Assembly (NCBI GenBank): GCA_025451355.1
Contig: JANWKN010000024.1
Span: 1-50,284 of the forward strand
Origin: Pseudolabrys sp.
GTDB lineage: Bacteria > Pseudomonadota > Alphaproteobacteria > Rhizobiales > Xanthobacteraceae
Length of the DNA: 50,284 nt
Reading direction: 5' to 3'
In this document: piece after piece, positions 32,514-43,764 of the stretch
Position numbering within the stretch: position 1 is the first letter of the stretch
How the letters are laid out: every line of letters starts with the position of its first letter
Made by a program: the position numbers and the translations under genes
The notes under the pieces: model-generated
Told to the model about the DNA's origin: nothing
The model's database searches: none
Seen by the model: the letters and a program-made list of their open reading frames with translations, nothing else

Positions 32514-33869
32514 TCAGGCGACCGAATCATCTTCTTCCTTGTAGAGTTCTTCCCGCGAGACTTTGCTTTCGGTTACGCCGGCAAGTTCGACCAGAAAATT
32601 AACGACCTTTTCCTCGAAAATCGGCGCCCGCAAAGCGGCAACCGCCTGTGGATTCTGGCGGTAATAGTCCCAAACGCGCTGCTCCTGGCCCGCAAACTGC
32701 CGGGCACGCTCCATCACGGCGCGGCTTAGCTCTTCCTCGGTGACGGTAATGTTGTTCTTCTCACCGATCTCGGCAAGCACCAGACCGAGCCTGACCCGGC
32801 GTTCGGCGATTGCACGGTATTCCGCCTTGGCCTTTTCCTCGGTTGTGTCCTCATCGGCAAACGTTTTTTTCTCGGTTTCCAGCTCCGACAGCACCGATTT
32901 CCACACGCGCTCGAACTCTTCCTCAACGAGCGTCGGCGGGGGTTCGAATTTGTGCAACTTGTCGAGCTCGTCGAGCAGCCCACGCTTGAGCTTCTGGCGC
33001 GACATGGCCGTGTGCTCGCGCGCGATGCTGTCTTTCACCGCATCGCGAAGTTTTGCGAGCGATTCGAGGCCCAGCGATTTGGCGAAGGCATCATCGGCGG
33101 TGACAGCGCCGGGCGTTTCGACGGACTTCGCGGTGGCGACGAACTCCGCGTTTTTGCCCGCAAGCTCTTGCTTCATGTAGTGCTGGGGAAAAGTCACCTT
33201 CAGCGTCCGGGTTTCCCCGCTGGTGATTCCGATGAGCTGATCCTCAAAACCTGGAATGAAAGTGTTCGACCCGATGAGCACAACCGCGTCGTCGCCCGAA
33301 CCGCCTTCGAATGGCGCGCCGTCGATCGTGCCCGCAAAAGAGATCGTCACCCGATCATCCTTGGCCGCCTTCTCGTCTTGCGGTCGCGGCATGTACGGCT
33401 TGTTCTGCTGAACGATACGTTCAAGGCCTTGATCGACTTCCGCGTCGGCAACTTCGGCAGTTAGCCTCGTCAGCTTGATGCTCTTGAAATCACCAAGCGT
33501 AATCGGCGGCACGATTTCGAGTGCCATGGTGTAGTTGAGATCGGTCTTGCCGGCGATCAGTTGTTCTATTGCCCCTTCTTCCGTCGGCAGCGTGACCTTC
33601 GGTTCGGCGGCGAGCTTGTAGCCGTGCTCGCTGACAATCTGGTTGTTGGTATCGCGAACGGTGGCCTCAATCACTTCAGCCATCGCCGAGCGGCCATACA
33701 TGCGCTTGAGGTGCGTGACCGGTACCTTGCCGGGACGAAATCCGTTGATACGGACACGAATCTTCATCTCGTCGAGGCGAGCATTGACCCTGGCATCCAG
33801 TTCGGCGGCGGGAACGATGACCTTGTATTCGCGCTTAAGGCCTTCGGACAGCGTTTCAGTTACTTCCAT
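32514..33869 (-). CDS. tig: Trigger factor
   Basis: GFRPGKVP ribosome-binding motif, FIPGFEDQL FKBP domain. Confidence 0.96.
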   Translation of the reverse strand: MEVTETLSEGLKREYKVIVPAAELDARVNARLDEMKIRVRINGFRPGKVPVTHLKRMYGRSAMAEVIEATVRDTNNQIVSEHGYKLAAEPKVTLPTEEGAIEQLIAGKTDLNYTMALEIVPPITLGDFKSIKLTRLTAEVADAEVDQGLERIVQQNKPYMPRPQDEKAAKDDRVTISFAGTIDGAPFEGGSGDDAVVLIGSNTFIPGFEDQLIGITSGETRTLKVTFPQHYMKQELAGKNAEFVATAKSVETPGAVTADDAFAKSLGLESLAKLRDAVKDSIAREHTAMSRQKLKRGLLDELDKLHKFEPPPTLVEEEFERVWKSVLSELETEKKTFADEDTTEEKAKAEYRAIAERRVRLGLVLAEIGEKNNITVTEEELSRAVMERARQFAGQEQRVWDYYRQNPQAVAALRAPIFEEKVVNFLVELAGVTESKVSREELYKEEDDSVA

Positions 33870-33986
33870 CGCACACACTTTTTTCGGCTTGCTCTCGCGT
33901 CGCAGCGGCTCTCCGTGAACCGAACGCGGCGCTTGTGTCGGAATACGGGCGAACCCGCAAATTTCTCTAATCTCATTGGCCTCTTT

Positions 33987-34071
33987 TGGTGCGGGCGGAG
34001 GGACTCGAACCCCCACACCTTGCGGCGGCAGGACCTAAACCTGCTGCGTCTACCAATTCCGCCACGCCCGC
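33987..34071 (-). tRNA. tRNA-Leu(TAG)
   Basis: 85-nt with long variable arm, GCGGGCGTGGCGGAATTGGTAGACGCAGCAGGTTTAGGTCCTGC...GCACCA. Confidence 0.97.
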
Positions 34072-34169
34072 AGAGGTCAAAATTACGGACGGTTCGCGCC
34101 GCAATCTGGGACGGCTTAACGCGAGGGCGCCCGCTTAGGCAAGACATAACCTCTTGCCGCTTTTTCGGA

Positions 34170-35669
34170 TCAACCTGGCCCTCGACCAAGTCTGGCCAGA
34201 AGCCGCCGGTAAACGCGCGGCAGCATTTCGGGCAGGTCCTCGGCGATCAACCCCGGGCCGAATTCCGAGGCCGCGTCCCCGTGCAGCCAGACGCCGGCAC
34301 AGGCGGCCTCAAAGGCCGGCATGCCTTGCGCCATGAGACCGCAAATGACGCCGGACAGCACGTCGCCCGATCCGGCGGTGGCAAGGCTGGGCGGGCCGTT
34401 TTCGGCGATCGTCGCTCGGCCGTCAGGAGCTGCGACAACGGTATCTGCGCCCTTATAGACGACAATAGCCCCGCAAAATTCGGCTGCTAATCGGGTTTTA
34501 TCGAGCTTCGAATTAGGATTATGATCTTCGAACATATCATTGAAAATACGTGAAAATTCACCTTGATGTGGCGTCAGTACTACAGGCCCGGGTCGCTTAC
34601 GAATGGTGCCGGCGAGCAGGTCTTGATGCTCGGCGAAGCTGGTCAGGGCATCGGCATCGAGTACCACGCTAGCTGCGCTAGCGAGCGTCGCCAGGACTTG
34701 CTCTCGCATCGCCGAGCCGACCCCGCCGCCCGGCCCCAGGACCACGGCATTCCGTCGCCTGTCACTTACAAACTCCCCAAGCTCGGCCGGCCCGTCGATC
34801 GGCCGCACCATGACCGCCAGGCTCTCGGCAGCATTGATCGCAAGGGCTTCCCGTGGGCTAGCAATAGTCACCAAACCCGCGCCCGCCCGCAGCGCGCCGC
34901 GCGCCGCCAAGCGTGCGGCGCCGGTGGTGGATGCCCCTCCCGAAACGGCCACCACATGGCCGCGCGTATACTTATGCCCCCGCGAGTCAGGACGGGGGAA
35001 CGAAGCGCACCAAAACGCGGGCGCGTTGGCAAAGGCCCGTGGCTTGATCTTGTCCATCACGCCTTCCGGAATTCCGATGTCCGCAACTTCGACCGCACCG
35101 CAATTTAGGCGACCTGGAAGCAGCAGGTGGCCAGTCTTGCGCCGAAAGAACGTCACCGTGCGGGAGGCGTTTACGGCGGCGCCCATAATCGAGCCGCTCG
35201 TTCCGTTTATGCCGCTCGGCAAGTCGACCGCCACGATAGGTGCACCTGCAGCGTTCATCGCGTCGATCATTGCGCGTGGCAGTCCACCGACGTCGCGGTC
35301 GAGGCCGGCACCAAACAGCGCGTCGACGATTGCCTCGCAATCGCTCAGAGAGCCGGGCGAAGCCTCTTCAACCGGGCCCGGCCAGCGATCAGCCGCCTGT
35401 GCCGCGTCGCCCTTCAGTCTCTTCCGATCACCGACGAAACAGAGGCGGACCCGGTAACCGCGCTCGGCGAGGTGGCGGGCGGCGACAAATCCGTCACCAC
35501 CGTTATTGCCCGGACCGGTCACGACTGCGATGCGGGTCGCCTGCAAGCGGGCGGCGGCATCGGCCACGGCGCGCCCGGCGTTTTCCATAAGTGTCATGCC
35601 GGGCGTGCCGCCAGCAACCGTCAGGCGATCCGCCTCAGCCATCTCTTCAGTCGTGAGCAATTCAAGCAT
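34170..35669 (-). CDS. nnr: Bifunctional NAD(P)H-hydrate epimerase/dehydratase
   Basis: LMENAG, GPGNNGGDG, VDLPSG, HKY.RG, LTPH.GEF, LATAGSGDVL motifs. Confidence 0.94.
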   Translation of the reverse strand: MLELLTTEEMAEADRLTVAGGTPGMTLMENAGRAVADAAARLQATRIAVVTGPGNNGGDGFVAARHLAERGYRVRLCFVGDRKRLKGDAAQAADRWPGPVEEASPGSLSDCEAIVDALFGAGLDRDVGGLPRAMIDAMNAAGAPIVAVDLPSGINGTSGSIMGAAVNASRTVTFFRRKTGHLLLPGRLNCGAVEVADIGIPEGVMDKIKPRAFANAPAFWCASFPRPDSRGHKYTRGHVVAVSGGASTTGAARLAARGALRAGAGLVTIASPREALAINAAESLAVMVRPIDGPAELGEFVSDRRRNAVVLGPGGGVGSAMREQVLATLASAASVVLDADALTSFAEHQDLLAGTIRKRPGPVVLTPHQGEFSRIFNDMFEDHNPNSKLDKTRLAAEFCGAIVVYKGADTVVAAPDGRATIAENGPPSLATAGSGDVLSGVICGLMAQGMPAFEAACAGVWLHGDAASEFGPGLIAEDLPEMLPRVYRRLLARLGRGPG

Positions 35670-35746
35670 GGCCAAGGAACCTAGCGACGGGTCGCCTGCC
35701 AAACAATTCGCAACGATCTTAGGCGCCTCAGCCGCCGTTTGGCGGC

Positions 35747-36276
<530 letters not shown>

Positions 36277-36332
36277 GCCGCAGGCAACCGTCCTGGCGGT
36301 AATTTTATGAAAACAAGGGGGAATGCAAACCG

Positions 36333-37742
36333 ATGACAACAGCCAAAGATGTCATGAAATTGATCAAAGAGAATGACGTGAAATATGCCGACTTCCGGTT
36401 CACAGATCCGCGCGGCAAATGGCAGCACGTCACTTTCGACATCAGCATGATCGAAGAAGACACTTTCGCCGAGGGCCAGATGTTCGACGGCTCATCAATC
36501 GCCGGCTGGAAGGCGATACATGAATCGGACATGAATTTGATGCCGGACCCGGCGACTGCCTGCATCGATCCGTTCTTCGCAGAGACCACATTGTCACTGG
36601 TCTGCGACGTGCTCGAGCCCACAACCGGCGAGCCTTACAACCGAGACCCGCGCAGCATTGCCAAAAAGGCCGAAGGCATGGTGAAAGCCAACGGCGTGGG
36701 CGACACGGTCTTCTTCGGCCCCGAAGCCGAGTTTTTCGTGTTTGACGACGTAAAATACGCGGCTACGCCTTACAACACCGGGTTCAAGATCGACTCGATC
36801 GAGTTCCCGACCAATTCCGACACCGAATATGAAGGCGGAAATCTGGGCCACCACATCGGCACGAAGAAGGGTTACTTCCCGGTACCACCGCAAGACACTG
36901 CACAGGACATGCGTAGTGAGATGCTGGCGGCGATGGCCAAGATGAATGTGAAAGTCGAGAAGCATCATCACGAAGTCGGCTCTGCGCAGCACGAACTCGG
37001 CATGAAGTTCTCGCCGCTGACGCAGATGGCCGACCAACTGATGATCTATAAATACTGCATTCAGCAGGTTGCGCAGATCTACGGCAAGACCGCGACGTTC
37101 ATGCCAAAACCGATCTATGGCGACAACGGCTCCGGCATGCACTGCCACCAATCGATCTGGAAGGGAGGCAAACCAGCTTTCGCCGGGAACAAGTATGCCG
37201 ATCTTTCGGAGATTTGCCTCTCTTACATCGCCGGCGTTCTCAAACATGCTCGCGCAATCAACGCATTCACCAACCCGACCACAAATTCCTACAAGCGGCT
37301 GGTCCCGGGATTCGAGGCGCCGGTGCTGCTCGCCTATTCGCAGCGCAACCGCTCGGCGTCGTGCCGCATTCCCTACACGACAAACCCGAAGGCCAAGCGT
37401 GTCGAGGTGCGTTTCCCCGATCCGCTCGCCAATCCATATCTCGCCTTCGCAGCGATGCTGATGGCCGGCCTCGACGGCATAAAGAACAAGCTCGATCCGG
37501 GCAATGCAGTCGACAAGGACCTCTATGATTTGCCGCCGGCTGAGCTCAAGGAAATACCGACAGTATGCGGTAGCCTCCGCGAAGCGCTCGGTTACCTCGA
37601 CAAGGACAGGGCGTTCCTTAAAGCCGGGGGCGTGTTCGATGATGACTTCATCGACTCATATATCGACCTCAAGATGACGGAAATCATCCGGTTCGAGCAC
37701 ACTCCGCATCCGGTTGAGTTCGACATGTACTACTCGGCGTAA
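36333..37742 (+). CDS. glnA: Glutamine synthetase type I
   Basis: [28 protein letters not shown], adenylylation loop DLYDLPP. Confidence 0.98.
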   Translation: MTTAKDVMKLIKENDVKYADFRFTDPRGKWQHVTFDISMIEEDTFAEGQMFDGSSIAGWKAIHESDMNLMPDPATACIDPFFAETTLSLVCDVLEPTTGEPYNRDPRSIAKKAEGMVKANGVGDTVFFGPEAEFFVFDDVKYAATPYNTGFKIDSIEFPTNSDTEYEGGNLGHHIGTKKGYFPVPPQDTAQDMRSEMLAAMAKMNVKVEKHHHEVGSAQHELGMKFSPLTQMADQLMIYKYCIQQVAQIYGKTATFMPKPIYGDNGSGMHCHQSIWKGGKPAFAGNKYADLSEICLSYIAGVLKHARAINAFTNPTTNSYKRLVPGFEAPVLLAYSQRNRSASCRIPYTTNPKAKRVEVRFPDPLANPYLAFAAMLMAGLDGIKNKLDPGNAVDKDLYDLPPAELKEIPTVCGSLREALGYLDKDRAFLKAGGVFDDDFIDSYIDLKMTEIIRFEHTPHPVEFDMYYSA

Positions 37743-37785
37743 GTAATTCCTCCGAGCCATCGCGAAAGACTTTGCGATGCAACTT

Positions 37786-37812
37786 AGGGCGCCCCGCAAG
37801 GGCGCCCTTTTT
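37786..37812 (+). terminator. Terminator after glnA
   Basis: AGGGCGCCC-cgcaa-GGGCGCCCT followed by a T tract. Confidence 0.8.
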
Positions 37813-37828
37813 CCTAGCCAGGGCGGGG

Positions 37829-38055
37829 TCAGACGATCAGGAAGGCAACGATCGCAAGGCCGGCGGCAATACCAGCCGCGTGACCAGCATCTGCCTGCTG
37901 TGCCGTTTGGGTCCGTAAACGCCAGCGGCACGGCGGGCGGCGATCAGGGCCGCGTCAAATTCGGCCGAATTCGCAAATTCGCAGGCCAACGCGGCACCCG
38001 CGCGCTCGGCGCAAACCTCGAGCGACAACGGCTCAGGACTCTGAGAATGCCACAT
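37829..38055 (-). pseudogene. Small hypothetical protein; its hydrophobic C-terminal helix is out of frame
   Basis: MWHSQSPEPLSLE...RQMLV, then AAGIAAGLAIVAFLIV* in a shifted frame (TGA 37829-37831). Confidence 0.45.
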
Positions 38056-38124
38056 GGGCGCATGGTAACGCCGACAGAGTAAACGAGAGGTTGCGATCGC
38101 GCGTCCGCGCCGATCGGAAGGTCG

Positions 38125-39363
38125 TCAGGCGGTGGTATTGCGCTGCGATAAGCCGGGGAAAGCACCCGATGGTATCTCGCGCGCACGTCGTGCAGCGTTG
38201 ATCAGGCGCGATCGGTCGCTCGCGGCCTCCTCGTCAGCAATATGGACCCTATTCCGGCCGCCGTGCTTAGCGCGGTAGAAGGCGGCCTCCGTGCGCGAAA
38301 TCAGCGCGTCGATTGCCGTGACGGGCTCGTAACAAACAGTGGCACCGATGCTGACGGTAGCATCGATTGCGTGAGCCGCGACTGTTGCGCCCGCCCCCTG
38401 GAATCCTGAACGGACGCGTTCGGCGATCTTGCTTGCGCTCTCTACGCCGCCCGGAACGATTGCGATGAATTCTTCGCCGCCGAATCGGCCGATGATGTCG
38501 TCGGCGCGCGTGCTCGCGCGCACTACCTGCCCGAACACGCGCAGGACTTCGTCACCAACAGCGTAGCCGAAGCGGTCGTTGATCGACTTGAAGTGCTCGA
38601 GATCGAACATCAGTATCGCCACCGGCTCTTTGCGCCTGGCTTGTGCCGCACACAGCATGTGCGCGTTTCCGAAGAAGGAGCAGTCCCGTCAGATGATCAG
38701 TGCACGCGGCGGTACGGTAAACGTGCACGTGGTGGTCCTTGACCATCAGCATGACGATGAAGGCGGTGCCTACCGCATAGATGATCGTTTCGAGCGTAAA
38801 CACCGTGAGCCACGCGGCATTGTGATCCGCAGGCAGGAAAGCACGCATGGCCAGCGGCACGAGAAAGATTCCGGCATGAACACACGGCACCACGATCGCG
38901 GCAACGCGCGAGTATCGTGTCCTGTGCCGTTCGCGCCAAAGCTCGAAGGCAATGAAAAACGTATAGACCGGGACGATCAGCGCGCCGAGGATCTGACCGT
39001 GGCCGTTTTCCAGCGCGCCAGGAATTTGACCGATGCCCAACCACAGGGCCGCACCGATAAAGGTCGCCGTCGTCAGCATACGCCTGCCCTGAAAGAGCCG
39101 TACACCGTTCCAGATCATTCCGCAGGCAAGAAAGGTCAGCGCACCCGGGACAACTCGATCAGTGGTGTCGGCATGCTTGCAAGCGCCATCGCCGAAGCGC
39201 CGATCAGATAAGCGGACCCCCACCAGGCTAACGCGCGGACATTGCGTTGCTGCATCCAGTCGATGATCAGGAAAACGCCAAGCAAGCCGGCAATGCAGAC
39301 GGCAACCAACGACAGCGTCGGCAAATCCAGGGTCGAGTACTGCACGTTAATCGCCAGGACCAT
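38125..39363 (-). pseudogene. Membrane-anchored GGDEF (GGEEF) diguanylate cyclase split over three frames
   Basis: TM N-terminus (39363 to ~39150), TM middle ending DHLTGLL (~38680), catalytic part with FKSINDRFG..VGD and GRFGGEEF; NRR codons missing at the second break. Confidence 0.85.
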
Positions 39364-39587
39364 AAAGCGCTCTCGCCTGCCAGTCGGCGCGCGCATCAGC
39401 CTGCAACATAGCGTTGTCGCCGTAGGAATCCGTTGCGCAATTCGGCAGGCTTCGATGACAGACTTCCTCGAATTGTAATCATTACGGCAGCCAAAATTGA
39501 GCACCGCCCGCACAACGCAAGCCGATGGCGGGCAGCTTTGAAGTTAACGGATCCATTAAAATTTGAAGTGATCGCAAAGCCGCAAAC

Positions 39588-39617
39588 AAAAAAAGCGCGC
39601 CATTTGGCGCGCCTTTT
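39588..39617 (-). terminator. Terminator after rplM-rpsI
   Basis: Minus strand GCGCGCC-aaat-GGCGCGC followed by T7. Confidence 0.8.
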
Positions 39618-39631
39618 AGAATTCGGACTGT

Positions 39632-40108
39632 TTAGCGCTTCGAGAACTGGAACGAGCGCCGTGCCTTTGCCCGTCCGTACTTCTTACGTTCTACAACGCG
39701 TGGATCGCGGGTAAGGAAACCGCCCCGCTTCAACGCGCCACGTAAATCAGGCTCGAAATACGTGAGCGCCTTTGCCAACCCGTGACGCACCGCTCCAGCC
39801 TGACCCGACAGGCCGCCGCCGGAGACGGTGCAGGTGACGTCATATTGTCCGCCGCGATTGGTGGCGACCAGCGGCTGCTGAATCAGCATCCGCAGCACCG
39901 GCCGGGCAAAAAACACTTCCACAGCTTTGGTGTTGATGAGAATCTTTCCGGAGCCGGGCTTTATCCAGACCCGCGCCACGGCGTTCTTGCGTTTTCCGGT
40001 AGCGTAAGCACGTCCCTGGGCGTCGACCTTTTTCTCGTATTTCGGTGCTTCAGGCGCAGCCGGCTTGAGGCTCGCCAAACCTTCCAAAGATTGCATGGTC
40101 TCGGCCAC
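39632..40108 (-). CDS. rpsI: 30S ribosomal protein S9
   Basis: [28 protein letters not shown]...QFSKR. Confidence 0.98.
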   Translation of the reverse strand: MAETMQSLEGLASLKPAAPEAPKYEKKVDAQGRAYATGKRKNAVARVWIKPGSGKILINTKAVEVFFARPVLRMLIQQPLVATNRGGQYDVTCTVSGGGLSGQAGAVRHGLAKALTYFEPDLRGALKRGGFLTRDPRVVERKKYGRAKARRSFQFSKR

Positions 40109-40110
40109 GG

Positions 40111-40575
40111 TCAGACACTCCTCACGTTCTTGCGGTTCATCGCTGCAACATCAACTTTTTCGGGCTTCTGCGCCTCATGCGGATGCTCCGGGCCCGGATA
40201 GACACGCAAATTTCCAAGCTGAACGCGACCCAGCGGCCCCCGCGGGAGCATGCGCTCCACTGCCTTTTCGACGATGCGTTCCGGGAAACGCCCTTCCAGG
40301 ATGGCTTTGGCGGTGCGGTCTTTGATGCCGCCGATATAGCCGGTGTGGTGGTGATAGACCTTTTTCTCGCGCTTCCGCCCGGTCAGCACCGCTTTGGCGG
40401 CGTTGACGACGATGACATTGTCGCCGTCGTCGACATGGGGCGTGTACGAGGCCTTGTGCTTCCCGCGCAGACGCAGCGCGACGATCGACGCAAGGCGGCC
40501 AACCACGAGCCCCGTGGCATCGATGGTCACCCATTTCTTTTCAATGTCGGCAGCCGTTGCCGAATAAGTCTTCAT
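40111..40575 (-). CDS. rplM: 50S ribosomal protein L13
   Basis: IDA...VGRLAS, LRGKHK..YTPHVD.GD motifs. Confidence 0.98.
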   Translation of the reverse strand: MKTYSATAADIEKKWVTIDATGLVVGRLASIVALRLRGKHKASYTPHVDDGDNVIVVNAAKAVLTGRKREKKVYHHHTGYIGGIKDRTAKAILEGRFPERIVEKAVERMLPRGPLGRVQLGNLRVYPGPEHPHEAQKPEKVDVAAMNRKNVRSV

Positions 40576-40697
40576 GATCTTTCCCTGAGAATTCGAGCGT
40601 GTCCCGGCCCGCGAAATCGCCCGTTATGTAGCCGACGCGGTTCGGTCCGGTCAACGTCATCGTTGTAATAATGTCTATGGTAAATCAAATACTTACA

Positions 40698-41141
40698 TTA
40701 ATGGTATTGAAGTACCTGCGGCGGCATCGAATATGTTGAAGTGACGTGGGCGACCGGCTCCGGCTCGCCCTCCGAATAGATGGCGACCTCACCGACAACT
40801 AGCCGCTTTCCAACTTTCAGCAGCTTGGCGTCGGCAACCAGATCGCCCCTCCCCGGTTTGCGCAGGAAGTTAATGTTGAGATTGGTCGTGACCGCCATGG
40901 GTACCGGACCAGCGACCGAAAAAACCGCGACATACATCGCGAAATCGGCGAGCTCCATCATGGTTGGGCCCGAAATCGTGCCGCCCGGCCGAACGGAATC
41001 CTCGTGAAAATGCCGCCTTACGCGAACGTTCGCGTAGTCGACCCGCTCGATCGAGAGCCCGCAGCCGGGATAAAAGAATTGAGGAAACTCTTCGCGCAGC
41101 AGTTTCACGATCTCATCGGCATTCATTGCCGGAACCGGCAT
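40698..41141 (-). CDS. PaaI family thioesterase
   Basis: RPGGTISGPTMM.LAD, AVTT.LNINFLRK motifs; GGGAGG SD before MPVPAM. Confidence 0.88.
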   Translation of the reverse strand: MPVPAMNADEIVKLLREEFPQFFYPGCGLSIERVDYANVRVRRHFHEDSVRPGGTISGPTMMELADFAMYVAVFSVAGPVPMAVTTNLNINFLRKPGRGDLVADAKLLKVGKRLVVGEVAIYSEGEPEPVAHVTSTYSMPPQVLQYH

Positions 41142-41212
41142 ACGCGCCCTCCCTGCCGGTCTATCCGGCGCCTTGGTCTTAGACGGCGCCGTTGCGAGGT
41201 CAACCCGGCATT

Positions 41213-41516
41213 TCAGGCCTTGCCATAAACCTCGCGGAGTCCTTTTTTCGCCTGTTCCAGCTTTTGCTTGCGGCTCTTTGAAAGGCCCCTGCCGGCGCGG
41301 TTGATGAAAAAGGTCAACATGGACATTGCAGAGCGATGCGAATTGCATTTGCGACGCTGGCTGCGGTCCGCCGAACGCTTCAGCGAGGCGGCGATTTTGC
41401 GCGGGCTCGATTTTGTAAATACGCGCTTTTCAAGCGTGAGTGCGTCGGGTCACGCGTGCCGACCAGCGTTTGCCGCTCCGCTTGGCCCTCTTTGATCTCG
41501 TGCGCTGCCTGGCCAT
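41213..41516 (-). pseudogene. DUF3175 family protein, frameshifted
   Basis: MARQRT...KRWSARVT / DALTLEKRVF...IAASLKRSA...SAMSMLTFFINRAG...LREVYGKA*; 304 nt, break at about 41447; absent from the ORF track. Confidence 0.8.
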
Positions 41517-41612
41517 TGCTCCCGCTAACGTGCGCCAACTGGGCTGTGTTCCGAGCCTTGCATGGGCTCAACTTAGGACTAAGGTTCGATCCGAATTGAC
41601 CTGGAAAGCCTT

Positions 41613-42434
41613 ATGAACGTTCCAAAAACCAGCGTAACGGCTGATGCTCCTGCCCTGCTGCGAGAGCGCGACAAGGACATCGCTATCCTCGTGCTGAACC
41701 GACCGCAGTCGCGCAACAGCCTGACAGAAGAAATGTTGACCACGCTCTCGGCCGCGTTGACCAACATAGCAGCCGACGGCAACGCGCGGGCCGTTGTGCT
41801 CGCGGCAAACGGCCCGGCCTTCTCCGCGGGTCACGATCTCAAGGAACTCACGAGCCGCCGACGCGATGTCGATGGAGGGCGTGCTTATTTTCGCTACATC
41901 ATGACGATGTGCAGCGCGATGATGCAGCAGATCGTCAATCTGCCGCAGCCGGTCATTGCCGCCGTGCAGGGCGTGGCGACCGCGGCCGGTTGTCAGCTTG
42001 TGGCGAGTTGCGACCTGGCAGTTGCCTCCGTCGACGCGAGATTTGCGACGCCTGGTGTCGACATCGGTCTGTTCTGTTCGACCCCGATGGTGGCGCTCTC
42101 GCGTAATGTCGCGCGTAAACACGCGATGGAGATGCTTTTGACCGGGGACGCCGCGTCCGCCGAGGAGGCCTACCGCATGGGGCTCGTCAATCGCGTGGTT
42201 CCTTCGGGACAGGAACGTGAGCGCGCAATGGAATTCGCTCGCAAGATTGCCAGCAAATCCGGCCATACCGTGAAAATAGGCAAAGAGGGCTTCTACAAGC
42301 AGGCGGAAATGAGCCTGACCCGTGCCTACGAATATGTTTCCGAAGTGATGGTCGAGAATTTGATGGCGCGGGATGCGGAGGAGGGCTTGAAAGCCTTCAT
42401 CGACAAGCGCGAACCGAAATGGGAAGACCGCTAA
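41613..42434 (+). CDS. Enoyl-CoA hydratase family protein
   Basis: FSAGHDLKE, ATAAGCQLVASCDL, TPGVDIGLFCSTP motifs. Confidence 0.92.
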   Translation: MNVPKTSVTADAPALLRERDKDIAILVLNRPQSRNSLTEEMLTTLSAALTNIAADGNARAVVLAANGPAFSAGHDLKELTSRRRDVDGGRAYFRYIMTMCSAMMQQIVNLPQPVIAAVQGVATAAGCQLVASCDLAVASVDARFATPGVDIGLFCSTPMVALSRNVARKHAMEMLLTGDAASAEEAYRMGLVNRVVPSGQERERAMEFARKIASKSGHTVKIGKEGFYKQAEMSLTRAYEYVSEVMVENLMARDAEEGLKAFIDKREPKWEDR

Positions 42435-42454
42435 CCGCGTCAAGGCGGTCTAGC

Positions 42455-42482
42455 GAGAGCCACCGGCGTCCCGATGGCTCTC
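42455..42482. terminator. Hairpin between convergent genes
   Basis: GAGAGCCACCGG-cgtc-CCGATGGCTCTC. Confidence 0.5.
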
Positions 42483-42515
42483 TGATTGTTTTTGGCCGCA
42501 GCTCACGCTGCCGCT

Positions 42516-42938
42516 TCAAGCGATAAGCGACGCGTTCTCGGGAACTTCGGCTTCGTCTTGCTCCTCCGCAGGCCGTCCGCTGCTTGGCAATTGCAGCACG
42601 GTCGCCTGTTGCCCTTCACAGAGATCGGTCACCAGCACGATCTTTCCGTCCGGGAACTCCAACGCATCGTGATGCGCCGCCGGACGATTCATATTGACCT
42701 GGCGAAAGCGGGCGACCTTGTGCGTCGATTTCCGGGTGGGCAAGAAACGGAACGAAGCATCGCATTCGACCTCTTTTTCGAACGCAAGCTCGGTCCCAGG
42801 CATCAGACAGACGGCTACGCGCGGCTGACTGGGATCTGCGAAGCCGCGCGTAATTGCATTGGGGAATTGTGTGGAGACCAGTTTGTCGCCGACCTTCGCC
42901 GGTCGGGACGCAACGTCGTGAAGACTGTAGTCACACAT
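42516..42938 (-). CDS. Conserved hypothetical protein (MCDYSL type)
   Basis: AGGAGG SD; MCDYSL..V.SRPAKVG, TRGF, AVCL.PGTELAF, HHDALEFPDG, EGQ.ATVLQLP. Confidence 0.8.
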   Translation of the reverse strand: MCDYSLHDVASRPAKVGDKLVSTQFPNAITRGFADPSQPRVAVCLMPGTELAFEKEVECDASFRFLPTRKSTHKVARFRQVNMNRPAAHHDALEFPDGKIVLVTDLCEGQQATVLQLPSSGRPAEEQDEAEVPENASLIA

Positions 42939-43137
42939 CGAACGCCTCCTGTTTGTGCACAACCTAGGCGGCGCCCCTCAGCTTCTTAGATCGCAGCAAA
43001 GCAGCGTGACGATCTTATGTCGTTTGTTACCGCAATCCTGCCCAAATCAAACGCGGCCCTACCGTGAGCAACAGCGAGAGGCTATCTTTGTTCCGGAGAG
43101 CGCGATTGCGAGTAACGCCCGGATCAACGACGGTCAG

Positions 43138-43764
43138 ATGAACAACTCAAGACGAGTCTTCACGCCGGCGGCGCAGCAGGCACAAGCCGAACGCGGATCG
43201 TCGAAGGCATACGAACGGCGCATGGCTGAAGGCTTCCCTGATCACGTAACAGCAGAGCTCGCAAAATTTATTGCCGAACAGGATACCGCTTTCCTCGCCA
43301 CCGCGACCGCGGACGGTGCGCCATATCTCCAGCACCGCGGCGGGCCGAAAGGCTTTATCAAAGTGATCGACGACAGAACGCTCGGCTTTGCCGACTACCG
43401 CGGCAACAGGCAATACATCACGCTCGCCAATCTTTCCGAGAATGACAGAGCCTTCCTGTTTCTGCTCGATCCCGCGCGCCGCCAGCGCATCAAGCTTTGG
43501 GGCCGGGCACGCGTGGTTGAAAATGATCCCACTCTCATCGAGCGCCTCTTCGACAAAGGTTATAAGGCGCGCCCGGAGCGCGTGATTCTGTTCACGATTG
43601 AGGTGTGGGACGTGAACTGCTCGTCCCATATCGTGACACGCTTCACCGAAGAGGAAATCGAGGAAGCCTTTGCTGCCGTGCAAGGCAAGATCGCCGAACT
43701 GGAGGCGGAAAACGCAAGTCTCCGAGCCGCCCTCGCAAAACAACCGGCATCGCAGTCTGAATGA
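43138..43764 (+). CDS. Pyridoxamine 5'-phosphate oxidase family (FMN-binding split barrel) protein
   Basis: PY.QHRGGP.GF, FADY.GNRQYI, R.KLWG, DVNC..HI motifs; start uncertain. Confidence 0.87.
   Translation: MNNSRRVFTPAAQQAQAERGSSKAYERRMAEGFPDHVTAELAKFIAEQDTAFLATATADGAPYLQHRGGPKGFIKVIDDRTLGFADYRGNRQYITLANLSENDRAFLFLLDPARRQRIKLWGRARVVENDPTLIERLFDKGYKARPERVILFTIEVWDVNCSSHIVTRFTEEEIEEAFAAVQGKIAELEAENASLRAALAKQPASQSE

Noticed and set aside
39544-39559. CtrA box upstream of the GGDEF gene
   Set aside because: TTAA-N8-TTAA spacing does not fit the N7 consensus
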